Positions 1 through 11,070 of a stretch of DNA of 64,000 bases are shown one piece after another. The notes below the pieces were generated by a model. That model had not been told where the DNA came from. It did no database searches and worked only from the letters and a program-made list of their open reading frames with translations. A program made the position numbers and the translations under genes. Source of the stretch: Gammaproteobacteria bacterium (GTDB lineage: Bacteria; Pseudomonadota; Gammaproteobacteria; SZUA-140); contig JADJWH010000001.1 in the NCBI GenBank assembly GCA_016716465.1, forward strand, positions 685,414 through 749,413. The letters run 5' to 3'. Each line of letters opens with the position of its first letter. Positions within the stretch are counted from its first letter, which is position 1.

Positions 1-591
<591 letters not shown>

Positions 592-1018
592 TTATGACTC
601 GATTTCAGCGGTAGGTCACGCGGCGCACATACGCCTGCCGCGGCTATTATAGGTCATGCCCGTGCACCCCGGACACCCTGTGGGGCGGCTGTCCTGATGT
701 TATGCGGCGAGTCCAGTGCCGCTCGGATGAATCATGCGATGAATATGGTTTCGCCATGGTCGCTCGAAGTTCCCCGGGAGGACAACCCGATGGGCCGCAC
801 TATTTTAAAGCGCCGCGGGATGGTAATGTCGTCTGCTGGTGCGCTTCTTCGGGTTCGTCTCTCGGTTCTATTCGTCGCATGCGGGCATCACAATCGGGAT
901 AATATCTCCTGTTATATCTCATGTTTATCAATTAAGTCATTATTTTAATTTTTATTTGATAATTTTTTTCTGGTTCGGGGATGTAGTGTGTGGCGGTGGA
1001 AATTCTGCCGGGGAAGAG

Positions 1019-1035
1019 TTGGCAATAAACCTGCA
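1019..1035 (+). promoter_or_regulatory. Weak sigma-54-like -24/-12 motif (TGGCAA-N5-CTGCA) at the 5' end of ureD
   Basis: A GG-N10-GC motif with two mismatches to TGGCAC-N5-TTGCA lies directly after a very AT-rich stretch (900-990). If real, the ureD start must be downstream of 1036. Confidence 0.2.
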
Positions 1036-1944
1036 ATGACGTGCAAGCATGGCGAAATCGTGGATGGGGAAGATGTTCTGCGCCCGGAAGGCGGCGCGGT
1101 AAACAGCGTGGCGCTGGATGTGGCCGCTGATGGCTGGGACGCGGCCCTGAGGTTGGTCTTCCGACGCGATGGCGCGCGCACGGTGCTCGCGCGCCGGTCT
1201 TCCTGCGGGCCGCTGCAGGTTCAGCGTCCGTTCTATCCCGGGGATGGCGTCTGCCACGTCTATCTGCTGCACCCGCCGGGAGGCGTGGTCGGCGGCGACC
1301 GGCTGGAGATCCGCGCTGAACTCGACAACGGAGCGCAGGTGCTGCTGACCACGCCGGCCGCAGGCAAGTTCTACCGCAGCGGAGGACGCATGGCGGCGCA
1401 GCTTCAGCACTTCACGGTTGCGGAAGGCGCCGCGCTCGAGTGGCTGCCGCAGGAGACCATCGTGTTCGATGGCGCGCGCGCACGCGGCACGACACGGGTT
1501 GAACTCGCTCACGGGGCGAGCTTCCTCGGCTGGGAGATCGTCTGTCTCGGGCGGCCGGCGGGAGGCGAGCGGTTCACGAATGGAGTGTTCATACAGGGCA
1601 TGGAGGTGTATCGCCAGGGACGGCCCTTATTGCATGAGTGCAGCCGCTTCGACGGTGGCGGCGCCATCCTCGATGCGCCGTGGGGATTGAACGGTTGCCC
1701 GGTCAGCGGCACGCTGGTCTGCACTGGGAGAGACGAGGCCGATCTTGCCGTGGTGCGCGAGTCCTTGGGCGAGGACGGATGCGACGAGATGACCGGGGCC
1801 ACGCTGCTGGAGGATGTGCTGCTGGTGCGTTTTCTCGGTACGCAGGCCGAACGTGCGCGCGAGCGTTTCCTGCGGGTATGGGAGGCGTTGCGGCCCAGGA
1901 CATTCGGCAGGCCGGCATTGCGTCCGAGGATCTGGAATACATGA
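1036..1944 (+). CDS. ureD: Urease accessory protein UreD/UreH (start uncertain; in-frame GTGs at 1060/1105/1117 are possible)
   Basis: Motifs GWDAALRLVFRRDGARTVL...LQVQRPFYPGDGVCHVYLLHPPGGVVGGDRL are typical of UreD. The gene immediately precedes ureABC. Confidence 0.85.
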   Translation: MTCKHGEIVDGEDVLRPEGGAVNSVALDVAADGWDAALRLVFRRDGARTVLARRSSCGPLQVQRPFYPGDGVCHVYLLHPPGGVVGGDRLEIRAELDNGAQVLLTTPAAGKFYRSGGRMAAQLQHFTVAEGAALEWLPQETIVFDGARARGTTRVELAHGASFLGWEIVCLGRPAGGERFTNGVFIQGMEVYRQGRPLLHECSRFDGGGAILDAPWGLNGCPVSGTLVCTGRDEADLAVVRESLGEDGCDEMTGATLLEDVLLVRFLGTQAERARERFLRVWEALRPRTFGRPALRPRIWNT

Positions 1945-1955
1945 GGTTTCGCGAA

Positions 1956-2019
1956 GGGTAATGGGTAAACGGTAACAGGGCAGGGTGTCTGGAGTGGAAA
2001 GTCTCCATCACCCATCGCC
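1956..2019. repeat. Inverted heptamer-array hairpin (GGTAATG/GGTAAAC ... CATCACC/CATCGCC) between ureD and ureA
   Basis: Direct reading: tandem 7-mers are followed by their reverse complements. Confidence 0.35.
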
Positions 2020-2051
2020 AGACGTTCGTCAAACAGCCAGGAGAATGCGAA

Positions 2052-2354
2052 GTGGAGCTGACCCCACGCGAGAAAGACAAGCTGCTGATCTTCACCGCCG
2101 GGCTGCTGGCCGAGCGGCGCAAGGCCCGCGGCCTCAAGCTGAACTATCCCGAGGCGATCGCCTATATCTCGGCGGCTATCCTCGAGGGCGCGCGTGATGG
2201 TTGCAGTGTGGCGGAACTGATGAGCTACGGCGCCACGCTGCTGACGCGCGCGGATGTGATGGACGGGATCGCCGAGATGATCCCGGAGGTTCAGGTCGAG
2301 GCGACCTTCCCCGATGGCACGAAGCTCGTCACCGTGCATAACCCGATCGTCTGA
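2052..2354 (+). CDS. ureA: Urease gamma subunit
   Basis: [43 protein letters not shown] start with an AGGAGA Shine-Dalgarno sequence 8 nt upstream. Confidence 0.95.
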   Translation: MELTPREKDKLLIFTAGLLAERRKARGLKLNYPEAIAYISAAILEGARDGCSVAELMSYGATLLTRADVMDGIAEMIPEVQVEATFPDGTKLVTVHNPIV

Positions 2355-2363
2355 AGAACCCGA

Positions 2364-2424
2364 GGATGGTGATGTGAGGCAAGGTTCCGGGATTTCCATC
2401 ACCCATCACTCATTCCCTATCACC
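2364..2424. repeat. Inverted heptamer-array hairpin (GGTGATG family) in the ureA-ureB spacer
   Basis: ggatggtgatgtgagg ... ccatcacccatcactcattccctatcacc. Confidence 0.45.
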
Positions 2425-2455
2425 CCTTGTCATACCGGCTAACGAGGAGACCAGA

Positions 2456-2761
2456 ATGATTCCCGGCGAAATCAGCACCGCGGACGGCGAAATCGAACTC
2501 AACGCCGGGCGCGATACCGTGACACTCAGCATCGCGAACTCCGGTGACCGGCCGATCCAGGTCGGCTCGCATTACCATTTCTACGAGACCAACGCGGCGC
2601 TGGCCTTCGACCGCGAGCAGGCGCGCGGCTTCCGCCTCAATATCCCGGCCGGCACCGCGGTGCGCTTCGAGCCGGGCCAGTCGCGCACGGTCGAACTGGT
2701 GCGCTACGCGGGCGCCGGGCGCGTCTACGGATTCAACGCAAAGATCATGGGGAAGCTCTGA
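2456..2761 (+). CDS. ureB: Urease beta subunit
   Basis: [46 protein letters not shown]. Confidence 0.95.
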   Translation: MIPGEISTADGEIELNAGRDTVTLSIANSGDRPIQVGSHYHFYETNAALAFDREQARGFRLNIPAGTAVRFEPGQSRTVELVRYAGAGRVYGFNAKIMGKL

Positions 2762-2762
2762 C

Positions 2763-4466
2763 GTGACTACGATACTGCGGCGCGCGTACGCGGAGATGTA
2801 CGGGCCCACGGTCGGCGACCGTGTCCGGCTGGGGGATACCGAGCTCTGGCTCGAGGTCGAGCAGGACCGCACGGTCTACGGCGAGGAGGTCAAGTTCGGC
2901 GGCGGCAAGGTCATTCGCGACGGCATGGGCCAGAGCCAGGCCAGCGCGAAACAGGTGGTCGATTGCGTCATCACCAACGCGCTGATCGTGGACCACTGGG
3001 GCATCGTCAAGGCGGATATCGGCCTCAAGGACGGGCGCATCGCGGGCATTGGCAAGGCGGGCAACCCCGATGTCCAGCCCGGGATCGATATCGTCATCGG
3101 TCCCGGCACCGAGGTCATCGCCGGCGAGGGCCTGATCGCGACCGCCGGCGGCATCGATGCCCACATCCACTTCATCTGCCCGCAACAGGTGGAGGACGCG
3201 CTGATGTCCGGCGTCACCACCATGATCGGTGGCGGCACCGGACCGGCGGCCGGCACCAACGCCACCACCTGCACGCCGGGGCCGTGGAATATCGCCCGGA
3301 TGCTGCAGGCCGCGGATGTGCTGCCGATGAACCTCGGTTTTCTCGGCAAGGGCAACGCAAGCCTGCCGCAAGCCCTGGAAGAGCAGGTCGCCGCCGGGGC
3401 GATGGGTCTGAAACTGCATGAGGACTGGGGCACGACGCCCGCCGCGATCGACAACTGCCTGGAGGTGGCGGAAAAGTACGACGTGCAGGTCGCCATCCAC
3501 ACCGATACTTTGAACGAGTCGGGTTTCGTCGAGGATACGCTCGCCGCCTTCAAGGGGCGCACCATTCATACCTATCACACCGAAGGCGCCGGCGGTGGCC
3601 ACGCGCCGGACATCATCAAGGCCTGCGGTGAGGCCAATGTGCTGCCGTCGTCCACCAATCCGACGCGCCCCTATACGGTGAACACGGTCGACGAGCACCT
3701 CGACATGCTGATGGTATGCCATCACCTCGATCCGGGCATTCCGGAGGATGTCGCCTTCGCCGAGTCGCGCATCCGGCGCGAGACCATCGCCGCGGAAGAC
3801 ATCCTGCACGACCTCGGCGCCTTCTCGATGATCAGTTCGGATTCGCAGGCCATGGGCCGCGTCGGCGAGGTGATCACGCGCACCTGGCAGACGGCGCACA
3901 AGATGAAGGTCCAGCGCGGCGCGCTCGCGGGCGATCCCGCGCGCCACGATAATGGACGCATCAAACGCTACGTCGCCAAATACACCATCAATCCGGCGAT
4001 CGCCCACGGCGTCGCCGCCGATGTCGGCTCGATCGAGACCGGAAAGCTCGCCGACATCGTGCTGTGGCGCCCGGCCTTCTTCGGCGCCAAACCGTCGCTG
4101 ATCCTCAAGGGCGGCCTGATCGCCGCCGCGCCTATGGGCGACCCCAATGCCTCAATCCCGACGCCGCAACCGGTGCACTATCGACCCATGTTCGCCGCCC
4201 TCGGCGGGGCCTGCGCCGCGACCAGCGTGACTTTCGTGTCGCAGGCCGCGCAGCAGTCGGCGGTCGGCAGTCGCCTGGGCCTCAGGAAGCGCACGGTGCC
4301 GGTGTCCGGGACCCGCAATATCGGCAAGGCCGATATGATCCACAACGATTACCGGCCGCGGATGGAAGTCGATGCGCAGACCTACCAGGTGCGTGCCGAC
4401 GGTGAGTTGCTGGTATGCGATCCGATGAGCGTGCTGCCACTGGCGCAGCGGTATTTTCTGTTTTGA
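2763..4466 (+). CDS. ureC: Urease alpha subunit (GTG start)
   Basis: [29 protein letters not shown]...[13 protein letters not shown]...MVCHHLD. The long upstream frame from 2544 overlaps ureB; GTG 2763 directly follows the ureB stop. Confidence 0.95.
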   Translation: MTTILRRAYAEMYGPTVGDRVRLGDTELWLEVEQDRTVYGEEVKFGGGKVIRDGMGQSQASAKQVVDCVITNALIVDHWGIVKADIGLKDGRIAGIGKAGNPDVQPGIDIVIGPGTEVIAGEGLIATAGGIDAHIHFICPQQVEDALMSGVTTMIGGGTGPAAGTNATTCTPGPWNIARMLQAADVLPMNLGFLGKGNASLPQALEEQVAAGAMGLKLHEDWGTTPAAIDNCLEVAEKYDVQVAIHTDTLNESGFVEDTLAAFKGRTIHTYHTEGAGGGHAPDIIKACGEANVLPSSTNPTRPYTVNTVDEHLDMLMVCHHLDPGIPEDVAFAESRIRRETIAAEDILHDLGAFSMISSDSQAMGRVGEVITRTWQTAHKMKVQRGALAGDPARHDNGRIKRYVAKYTINPAIAHGVAADVGSIETGKLADIVLWRPAFFGAKPSLILKGGLIAAAPMGDPNASIPTPQPVHYRPMFAALGGACAATSVTFVSQAAQQSAVGSRLGLRKRTVPVSGTRNIGKADMIHNDYRPRMEVDAQTYQVRADGELLVCDPMSVLPLAQRYFLF

Positions 4467-4577
4467 AGATGTGAGGAGTGAGGTGTTCAAGAATAAACGC
4501 TTGCCTTTCGAATCCGTCAATGGGTCTCGCCGATTATTAGGACGTATGTTTCCTTTGCTCCTCACTCCGCACATCTC
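4465..4577. repeat. Inverted heptamer arrays (GTGAGGA/GTGAGGT ... CCTCACTCC) bracketing the ureC-ureE spacer
   Basis: gaagatgtgaggagtgaggtg ... gctcctcactccgcacatctc. Confidence 0.45.
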
Positions 4578-4585
4578 GCCGAACG

Positions 4586-5800
4586 ATGTTGAAACTGACC
4601 GCAATCGTTCAATCCACTGAGGCCCCTGCCGCCATGCTGACGCTGAGCTTCGACCAGCGCCAGCGCAGCCGTCTGCGCGTGACGCTGGACGACGGGCGCG
4701 AGGCCGCGTTGCTGCTCGAGCGCGGCGCCGTACTGCGCGGGGGGTGCTGTCTGCGTTCGGACGACGGGGTCATCGTCCGGGTCATTGCCGCACCGGAGCC
4801 CGTGTCCACGGTCCCGTGTCCGGACCCGTACCTGCTGGCGCGTGCCTGCTACCACCTCGGCAACCGCCACATCCCGCTGCAGATCGGTACCGGCTGGGTG
4901 CGGTATCAGCAGGACCACGTGCTGGACGACCTTGTGCACGGCCTCGGCCTGCGGCCGGTGGCGGAGTCCGCGCCCTTCGAGCCGGAGGCCGGGGCCTATG
5001 GCCATCATGCCCCTGAGACGGGTGGCGGCACGGAACCCTCGCTTGCCCCCGAAGGGCGCGTCAGACCGGAGGAACACGCGGCGCTGCACGAATCCGCCCA
5101 CGCATTCGGTCCGGCGTTGCTGGCGCTGCTGCGCCTGACGAGTTCGTCCCTGCCGGTGGGTTCCTTTGCCTATTCACAGGGCATGGAATACGCCGTGGAA
5201 CACGGCTGGATCAGCGACGAGGCGAGTGCGCGCGCCTGGATCGCGGGCCTGTTGCGGCACAGCCAGGCCCTCCAGGACATGCCGCTGTTGCTGCGCCTGT
5301 GCCGGGCCTGGGAGTCGGATGATGCCGCAGAGGTACAGAGGTGGAATGCGCGCCTGCTGGCCGCGCGCGAATCGCGCGAACTTCGCGCCGAGGAACTCAA
5401 TGTCGGCACGGCCCTGGCGCGCCTGCTCGCCGATCTCGGCGTGGCCAGGGCGGGCATGACGCCGTCGGAACAAGTCCCGAAGACGACAGACGGGATGCCG
5501 CCCTTGGGATATCTCGCGATGTTCGCCCTGGCCTGTGTCGAATGGAAAATTCCGCCGCGGGATGCGGTCTGCGGATACCTGTGGTCCTGGTGCCAGAACC
5601 AGGTTACCGCCGCGATCAAGCTGGTGCCGCTGGGCCAGACCGCGGGTCAGCGCATCCTGCAGACCCTGATCGAGTCGATCCCGGCCGTGGCCGATCAGGC
5701 CTTCGCGCTGGAAGACGAGGATATCGGTTTCACCGCCCCCGGTCTGGCGCTCGCAAGCGCCCGGCACGAGGGGCAGTACACACGGCTGTTTCTGTCTTAG
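4586..5800 (+). CDS. ureEF: UreE-UreF read as one continuous 404-aa ORF: a UreE domain with a His-rich linker, then a UreF domain
   Basis: N-terminus: MLKLTAIVQST...RSRLRVTLDDGREAALLLERG...HIPLQIG (UreE). C-terminus: LLALLRLTSSSLPVGSFAYSQGMEYAVEHGWI...VPLGQTAGQRIL (UreF). No stop codon lies between them in this frame. An internal TTG at 5117 could alternatively start ureF. Confidence 0.75.
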   Translation: MLKLTAIVQSTEAPAAMLTLSFDQRQRSRLRVTLDDGREAALLLERGAVLRGGCCLRSDDGVIVRVIAAPEPVSTVPCPDPYLLARACYHLGNRHIPLQIGTGWVRYQQDHVLDDLVHGLGLRPVAESAPFEPEAGAYGHHAPETGGGTEPSLAPEGRVRPEEHAALHESAHAFGPALLALLRLTSSSLPVGSFAYSQGMEYAVEHGWISDEASARAWIAGLLRHSQALQDMPLLLRLCRAWESDDAAEVQRWNARLLAARESRELRAEELNVGTALARLLADLGVARAGMTPSEQVPKTTDGMPPLGYLAMFALACVEWKIPPRDAVCGYLWSWCQNQVTAAIKLVPLGQTAGQRILQTLIESIPAVADQAFALEDEDIGFTAPGLALASARHEGQYTRLFLS

Positions 5801-5810
5801 AACCGGATGC

Positions 5811-5836
5811 GGGGACAGATTTATAAATCTGTCCCC
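5811..5836. repeat. 25-bp palindromic REP-like element GGGGACAGATTT-N-AAATCTGTCCCC
   Basis: ggggacagatttataaatctgtcccc, in the ureF-ureG spacer. Confidence 0.8.
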
Positions 5837-5875
5837 ATTTACTGAGTCCTTAGTCCTCTCTTTAACGAGGTAATT

Positions 5876-6490
5876 ATGTCCAAACAAACCCTACGTGTCG
5901 GCGTCGGCGGTCCGGTCGGTTCGGGCAAGACCGCCCTGGTGGACGCCCTGTGCAAACGCATGCGGGAGCGCTACAACATCGCCGTGGTGACCAACGACAT
6001 CTACACCCAGGAGGATGCGCAATTCCTCGTGCGCAGCGCGGCGCTGGCGCCGGAGCGCATCATCGGCGTGGAGACCGGCGGCTGTCCCCATACGGCGATC
6101 CGCGAGGACGCCTCCATCAATCTGGTGGCGGTGGACAAGCTGTGCCAGCGTTTTCCGGATCTCGACCTGGTGCTGGTCGAGAGCGGCGGCGACAATCTGA
6201 GCGCGACCTTCAGCCCCGAGCTGTCCGATCTGACCATTTACGTGATCGATGTCGCCGCCGGCGACAAGATCCCGCGCAAGGGCGGACCCGGCATCATGAA
6301 ATCCGACCTGCTGGTGATCAACAAGATCGATCTCGCCCCGTACGTCGGCGCCTCGCTCGAGGTGATGGAGCGCGACGCGCGCAAGATGCGCGGCGCCCGG
6401 CCGTTCGTCTTCACCAACATGAAGACGGGGCACGGCCTCGATATTGTCGAGAACTTCATCCGCGAGGCGGGGCTGCTGGATGTCGCGTGA
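5876..6490 (+). CDS. ureG: Urease accessory GTPase UreG
   Basis: [20 protein letters not shown]...ESGGDNL...[12 protein letters not shown]. Confidence 0.95.
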   Translation: MSKQTLRVGVGGPVGSGKTALVDALCKRMRERYNIAVVTNDIYTQEDAQFLVRSAALAPERIIGVETGGCPHTAIREDASINLVAVDKLCQRFPDLDLVLVESGGDNLSATFSPELSDLTIYVIDVAAGDKIPRKGGPGIMKSDLLVINKIDLAPYVGASLEVMERDARKMRGARPFVFTNMKTGHGLDIVENFIREAGLLDVA

Positions 6491-6494
6491 ATGC

Positions 6495-6644
6495 CAGGAC
6501 CAGGGACTAAGCAACAGTAGATCCCGCTGATTACGGAGGGAGGGTTGGCCTAGATACTGCGTGGAGATAGAGAGTGTTAAGTCCCCGGATTCCGCTGCGC
6601 TCCATCCGGGCTACAGTTTAATATTTTAATTAGTCCGGGTCCTG
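6495..6644. repeat. Composite intergenic structure: a GGACTAA-family inverted pair flanking a CCCGGATT...ATCCGGG hairpin repeat (6573-6604)
   Basis: caggaccagggactaagc ... ttagtccgggtcctg; the inner element is ccccggattccgctgcgctccatccgggctac. Confidence 0.4.
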
Positions 6645-6683
6645 TCTATCCGCTTTCCGCGTCCACGCCCGGCGGTGTAATCT

Positions 6684-8996
6684 ATGCGGATGCCCGCGGC
6701 ACCCGTACCGACGCAATATCCCGTCCTCCGCCAACTCAAACGCCCCGCGCTGATCCTGGCGGGGTTGCTGATCATATATGCGCTCGCGGGATTTATCCTC
6801 CTGCCCGCAATCGCGCGCTCGCAGGCCGTGGATATCCTCAAGGAGCGTTACCGTCTCGATCTGGAGATCGGCAAGCTTCGCTTCAACCCGTTCACCTTTT
6901 CCGCGCGTCTCGAAGGCGTGAGCCTGAGCGATCCGGGCGGCGAGCGGCTGCTGGCGTTCGCGGCCTTTGGCGCGGATTTCGAGCTGCGCTCGCTGATCGA
7001 TCGGGCCCTGGTCTTCAAGTCGGTCACCTTGAGCCGGCCCTATGTGCACATTCATCTGCGTGAGGACGGGACGGTGAACCTGGCGCGGGCCTTCGCGTCA
7101 CCGCCGGGCGAGACTGCCGATGACGGACCCGCTTCGGCGCCCCCGGCACTGATCATCGGGGACATCGCGCTGAACGGTGGAGACCTGCACTTCACGGACA
7201 ATTCTCAGGGCCGTGATTTCGATCAGCACTTCACGCCGCTCGACCTGCACGTACAGCGCTTCTCGACGCGGCCGGAGGATCGCTCCGATCTCGTCGGCCT
7301 GAACATCAGTATCGGTGAGAGCGGGCGGCTAACGGTCTCGGGCGATCTGTCGGCCATCCCGACCCGTTTCGATATTCAACTCGCTGCACGCGGCATCCCG
7401 CTGGCCATCTTCCAGCCCTATCTTGAGGATCGCCTGCCGGCACGTATCAGTGACGGGTCGCTCGACTTCGATCTCTCGCTCGCGCAGGGGGAGCCGGGAC
7501 AGACCTCGCGACTGAAGCTGAGCGGCAAGGCCGCCATTCGCGGGCTCGCGGTCAAGCTCAAGGAGCGCGACGATGTGGCGCTGGCCTGGGAAGAGGTGGC
7601 GGCGAACGGCATGACGCTGGATCTGAGCCCCGATCGTCTCGCCATCGGCGAGATCGCCATCCGCGGGCTCGATACCTCGTTCAAGATCTACGCCGACGGC
7701 CGCACGAACGTCAGCGAGATGGCGCGCCAGGCGCGCGGGGAGTCGCCGGAATCCGCGGCGATGGCGCCGGAGGAACCGGCAGCGGCGGGTACGGATTCGA
7801 CGACGTCCGGCTTTCCATACGCAATCGACCGCGTCGTCGTCGCCGGTTCGCACCTGATGTTCAGCGACACACAGATCCAGCCGAACGTGCGGATACGCAT
7901 CGAGGATCTTGCCGGCGAGATACGCGGCATCGCCTCCGCTCCCGAAGCGCAAACGACCATCGCGCTCACCGGCCGCGTCGGCGAATATGGGAAGGCGAAG
8001 ATCGACGGCGCGGCGCGACTCGCGGCGCCCAGGCAGGACCTGAAGGCCAGGGTCACGTTTGATAACGTCGAGCTGACCTCGTTCTCGCCCTACGCGGGCA
8101 AGTTCGCCGGTTACACCATCGACAAGGGCAAGCTGTTCCTCGATCTGGACTACACCCTGGCCGGCAGCCGCATCCGGGGCGAGAATCACGCCGTGTTCGA
8201 TCAGTTCGAACTCGGCGACAGGGTCGACAGCGCGGATGCCCTCAAGCTGCCCATCAAGTTCGCGCTGTCGCTGCTGCGCGACCGCGAAGGCCGCATCGAC
8301 ATCGATCTGCCGGTGGAAGGCGATGTCGACGCGCCCGGTTTCAGGCTGGGTCCGCTGGTCGTCAAGGCGCTGGTCAATCTGGTCACGCGTATCGTCACCG
8401 CGCCTTTCGATTTCATCGCCGGCATGTTCGTTGGCGGGCCGGAGATGGAATACGCCGTATTCGCGCCGGGCGACGGCGCGCTGCCCGGCGCGGAGCGCGA
8501 AAAGATCCTGCCCCTGTCGCGCGCGCTTGCCGAACGGCCGCGCCTCGTGGTCGAGGTCCAGGGCTGGGCGGATCCCGGCGCCGATGCCGTCGCCCTGCGG
8601 CAGGGCAAGTTCGATGCCTTGCTGGCCGCCGCAGGCCCGCCCACGGACGCCGCGCTGGTCACCGCGTACGACGGTTTTTTCGGCGCCGGCGCCGTGGCCG
8701 CGTTGCGCACCGAACTTGCGGCCGGAGCCCGGTCCGATCCGGCGGCGGAGCCTGCCGGAGAGATGCCCGCCGATCCCGAGGCAGCGTTCCGGGCCGAGTT
8801 GAGCAATCGTCTGCTCGCCGCCCAGCCGGTGACCGACGAGGAACTGGCGGCGCTCGCCTATGCCCGCGGCGAACAGGTGATGGGCCTGCTCGTACAGGAC
8901 GGCGGCGTGGAGGCGGAGCGCGTCTTCGTGCGCCGGGGCGAGATTGCCCGCGACGGCGAGGGCACGAGGGCGAAACTGATCCTCGATGCGCGCTAG
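6684..8996 (+). CDS. Large membrane-anchored protein, DUF748/AsmA-like (function unknown)
   Basis: 770-aa ORF. N-terminal TM helix LILAGLLIIYALAGFILLPAI, then a long beta-rich, low-complexity body. The family assignment is from memory only. Confidence 0.55.
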   Translation: MRMPAAPVPTQYPVLRQLKRPALILAGLLIIYALAGFILLPAIARSQAVDILKERYRLDLEIGKLRFNPFTFSARLEGVSLSDPGGERLLAFAAFGADFELRSLIDRALVFKSVTLSRPYVHIHLREDGTVNLARAFASPPGETADDGPASAPPALIIGDIALNGGDLHFTDNSQGRDFDQHFTPLDLHVQRFSTRPEDRSDLVGLNISIGESGRLTVSGDLSAIPTRFDIQLAARGIPLAIFQPYLEDRLPARISDGSLDFDLSLAQGEPGQTSRLKLSGKAAIRGLAVKLKERDDVALAWEEVAANGMTLDLSPDRLAIGEIAIRGLDTSFKIYADGRTNVSEMARQARGESPESAAMAPEEPAAAGTDSTTSGFPYAIDRVVVAGSHLMFSDTQIQPNVRIRIEDLAGEIRGIASAPEAQTTIALTGRVGEYGKAKIDGAARLAAPRQDLKARVTFDNVELTSFSPYAGKFAGYTIDKGKLFLDLDYTLAGSRIRGENHAVFDQFELGDRVDSADALKLPIKFALSLLRDREGRIDIDLPVEGDVDAPGFRLGPLVVKALVNLVTRIVTAPFDFIAGMFVGGPEMEYAVFAPGDGALPGAEREKILPLSRALAERPRLVVEVQGWADPGADAVALRQGKFDALLAAAGPPTDAALVTAYDGFFGAGAVAALRTELAAGARSDPAAEPAGEMPADPEAAFRAELSNRLLAAQPVTDEELAALAYARGEQVMGLLVQDGGVEAERVFVRRGEIARDGEGTRAKLILDAR

Positions 8997-9010
8997 GCGC
9001 ATGACCATTG

Positions 9011-9035
9011 GGGGACAGATTTGAAATCTGTCCCC
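9011..9035. repeat. 25-bp palindromic REP-like element
   Basis: ggggacagatttgaaatctgtcccc. Confidence 0.8.
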
Positions 9036-9050
9036 GTACACTACATCTCC

Positions 9051-10262
9051 CTACACCGCGCGCCGCGCGGCTTGCGAGCCCCAGATGAAAGACGCGTGCC
9101 GCCGCCACGCATCGGCGAGCGCGTGGCGGATATCGTCCGGTCCCAGGGCGGCGAGCCGGGCCAGGCGTTCGTTGAGGGCTGTGACACGGTCCAGGTAGGC
9201 GATCTCGTGCGCGATGCGTTCCATTACGCACTCGGGGTCGTCTTCCTCCAGCGTCCAGCGCGCCTGCAGTTGAGCGAGATGGCGAACCAGCTCCTCGCGC
9301 CCCGGTCCATGCTGGATCAGCGCTTCCATGACGGATTCGACCGCCGTGGCGCAGCGTCCTTCCATGCCGGGTTCGCAGCGCACGCGGATCCACCAGAGAC
9401 CGCAATCGCTATAGAGCTCCAGACGGGACTCGACTGCATATGCGAGCCCGAGCCGTTCGCGCAACTCGTATTGCAGACGTGCGGAGAGCGGCGCCCCGGC
9501 GGCGATCTGTTCCGCGAGCAGCAATGCCGGATAGGCCGGTTCGCCCAAGGTCGGTACCGGCATCAGCCAGAGCAGGTCGGAACCGTCGCCGCCCGCGGGT
9601 CCGTGCAGGGAGCAGGGCGTGAATTCCGCTGGCGGCGCATCGCGCTGATCCCCGGCGGGCAGTTGCTCCAGCGCACGACAGGCCTCCACCAGTTCGTCAT
9701 GACGGACATCGCCCGCCGCCACGACCCAGATCGCGGGACCGCGCAGACGGGACGCGCAATATTCCTGCACTGCCGCGGCATTGGCCCGGGGTCTGTTCCC
9801 GCTCCCCAGGATCGGCCGGGCGAGCGGGTGTCCATCCCAGACGCGCCGGAGCGCGAAGGCCTCCTGCTCGTCCCACAGGGACTGCGAGGCCATCCGGCGC
9901 TCATGCCATACCGCGGGCAGTTCGGCGGCAAGTTCCTTCGCCCCGAGGCGCGGTTCGAGCAGCAGGGCGGCGAACAGGCCTGCCAGCGCGCCCACGCGAT
10001 CACCGGTCACCAGGCCGTGAAAGGCGGTAAGTTCACGCATGGTGCGGGCATTGACATGACCGCCCAGCACCGCGAATTGGTCGGTGTAACGACCGCCGCC
10101 GTGGAACAGCAGATGCTCGAGCAGGTGCGCGTAGCCATCCTGGCCGGGGGTTTCGTGGCGTGAACCGTTGCGCAACCAGAGCCCGAGTGACGCGCTGCGC
10201 CGGCCGGGCAGCGGGCGGCTCAGGACGCGGACACCATTCGCGAGTGTGGTACAGGCCGTCAT
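9051..10262 (-). CDS. M16-family (pitrilysin/PqqF-like) zinc metallopeptidase, last gene of the riboswitch-controlled ABC operon
   Basis: Inverted zinc motif HLLEHLLFHG (HxxEH), then VLGGHVNARTMRELTAF, matching the M16 N-terminal signature. The start overlaps the ATPase stop (ATGA, 10259-10262). Confidence 0.75.
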   Translation of the reverse strand: MTACTTLANGVRVLSRPLPGRRSASLGLWLRNGSRHETPGQDGYAHLLEHLLFHGGGRYTDQFAVLGGHVNARTMRELTAFHGLVTGDRVGALAGLFAALLLEPRLGAKELAAELPAVWHERRMASQSLWDEQEAFALRRVWDGHPLARPILGSGNRPRANAAAVQEYCASRLRGPAIWVVAAGDVRHDELVEACRALEQLPAGDQRDAPPAEFTPCSLHGPAGGDGSDLLWLMPVPTLGEPAYPALLLAEQIAAGAPLSARLQYELRERLGLAYAVESRLELYSDCGLWWIRVRCEPGMEGRCATAVESVMEALIQHGPGREELVRHLAQLQARWTLEEDDPECVMERIAHEIAYLDRVTALNERLARLAALGPDDIRHALADAWRRHASFIWGSQAARRAV

Positions 10263-11070
10263 GCCGGTTCCGCCGTGGGCTTCGGAGAGACGCCGGTGTA
10301 ATAATCCTCCCGCGCCCGCAGCAGGCGCAGCGCGTCGTCCCTCTCGACGTCGCGGCGCGTGAGCGGGATATCAAAGGTGATCGTGGCGCCGAAGCGTTCC
10401 GGCGCCTGCGCATCGCGCCGTACCTTGTCGAATACCAGCAGGCGCGTGCCGAGGGCGAAGGCTTCCTTCAGGTCATGGGTGATCATGAATACCGTCATGT
10501 CGGTCGCGCGCCACAGGCCGAGCAGCAGGCGGTGCATATCGGCCCGGATCCCCGGGTCGAGGGCGCCGAACGGTTCGTCCAGCAGCAGGATCTTCGGACG
10601 CTTGATCAGGGCCTGCGCGATGGCGAGACGTTGCTGCATGCCTCCGGACAGCGCGCTTGGATACTTGGCGGCCGCCCCCTCCAGCCCCACCGACTGCAGG
10701 GTCTCGTCGACACGGGTGAGCGCCTCGCGCCGCGCCGCGCCGAACAGCCGGCCGCTCAGGGGAGAGGCGCCGAGCTCGAGGCCGAGCAGGACGTTGTCGC
10801 GCACCGTCAGGTGCGGAAAGACCGAATAGCGCTGGAACACGATGCCGCGTTCCGGTCCCGGCTCGGCGCGCAGCGGCGCGCCGTCGAGCTCGATTGCGCC
10901 GCGGCTCGGGGATTCCTGGCCGAGCAGCATGCGCAGGAAGGTGGTCTTGCCGCACCCCGAGGCGCCGACGATGGTGCAGAATTCGTGTTCCTGCACGGTC
11001 AGATTGATGCGCTCGAGGACGACCTGCGCCTCGTACTGCTTCCAGACATTGCGGATGACGAGCCGGCTCA
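10259..11070 (-). CDS. ABC transporter ATP-binding protein (NitT/TauT family)
   Basis: MSRLVIRNVWKQY...GASGCGKTTFLRML...LSGGMQQRLAIAQAL...LLLDEPFGALD. The probable start is the ATG reverse-complemented at 11068-11070; the longer ORF reaching 11275 is a GC-rich extension. Confidence 0.85.

Noticed and set aside
988-1035. Upstream 16 codons of the ureD ORF (MWRWKFCRGRVGNKPA...)
   Set aside because: Non-conserved and Arg/Trp-rich, and it overlaps the AT-rich promoter region. UreD homology starts well downstream, so a later start is more plausible.
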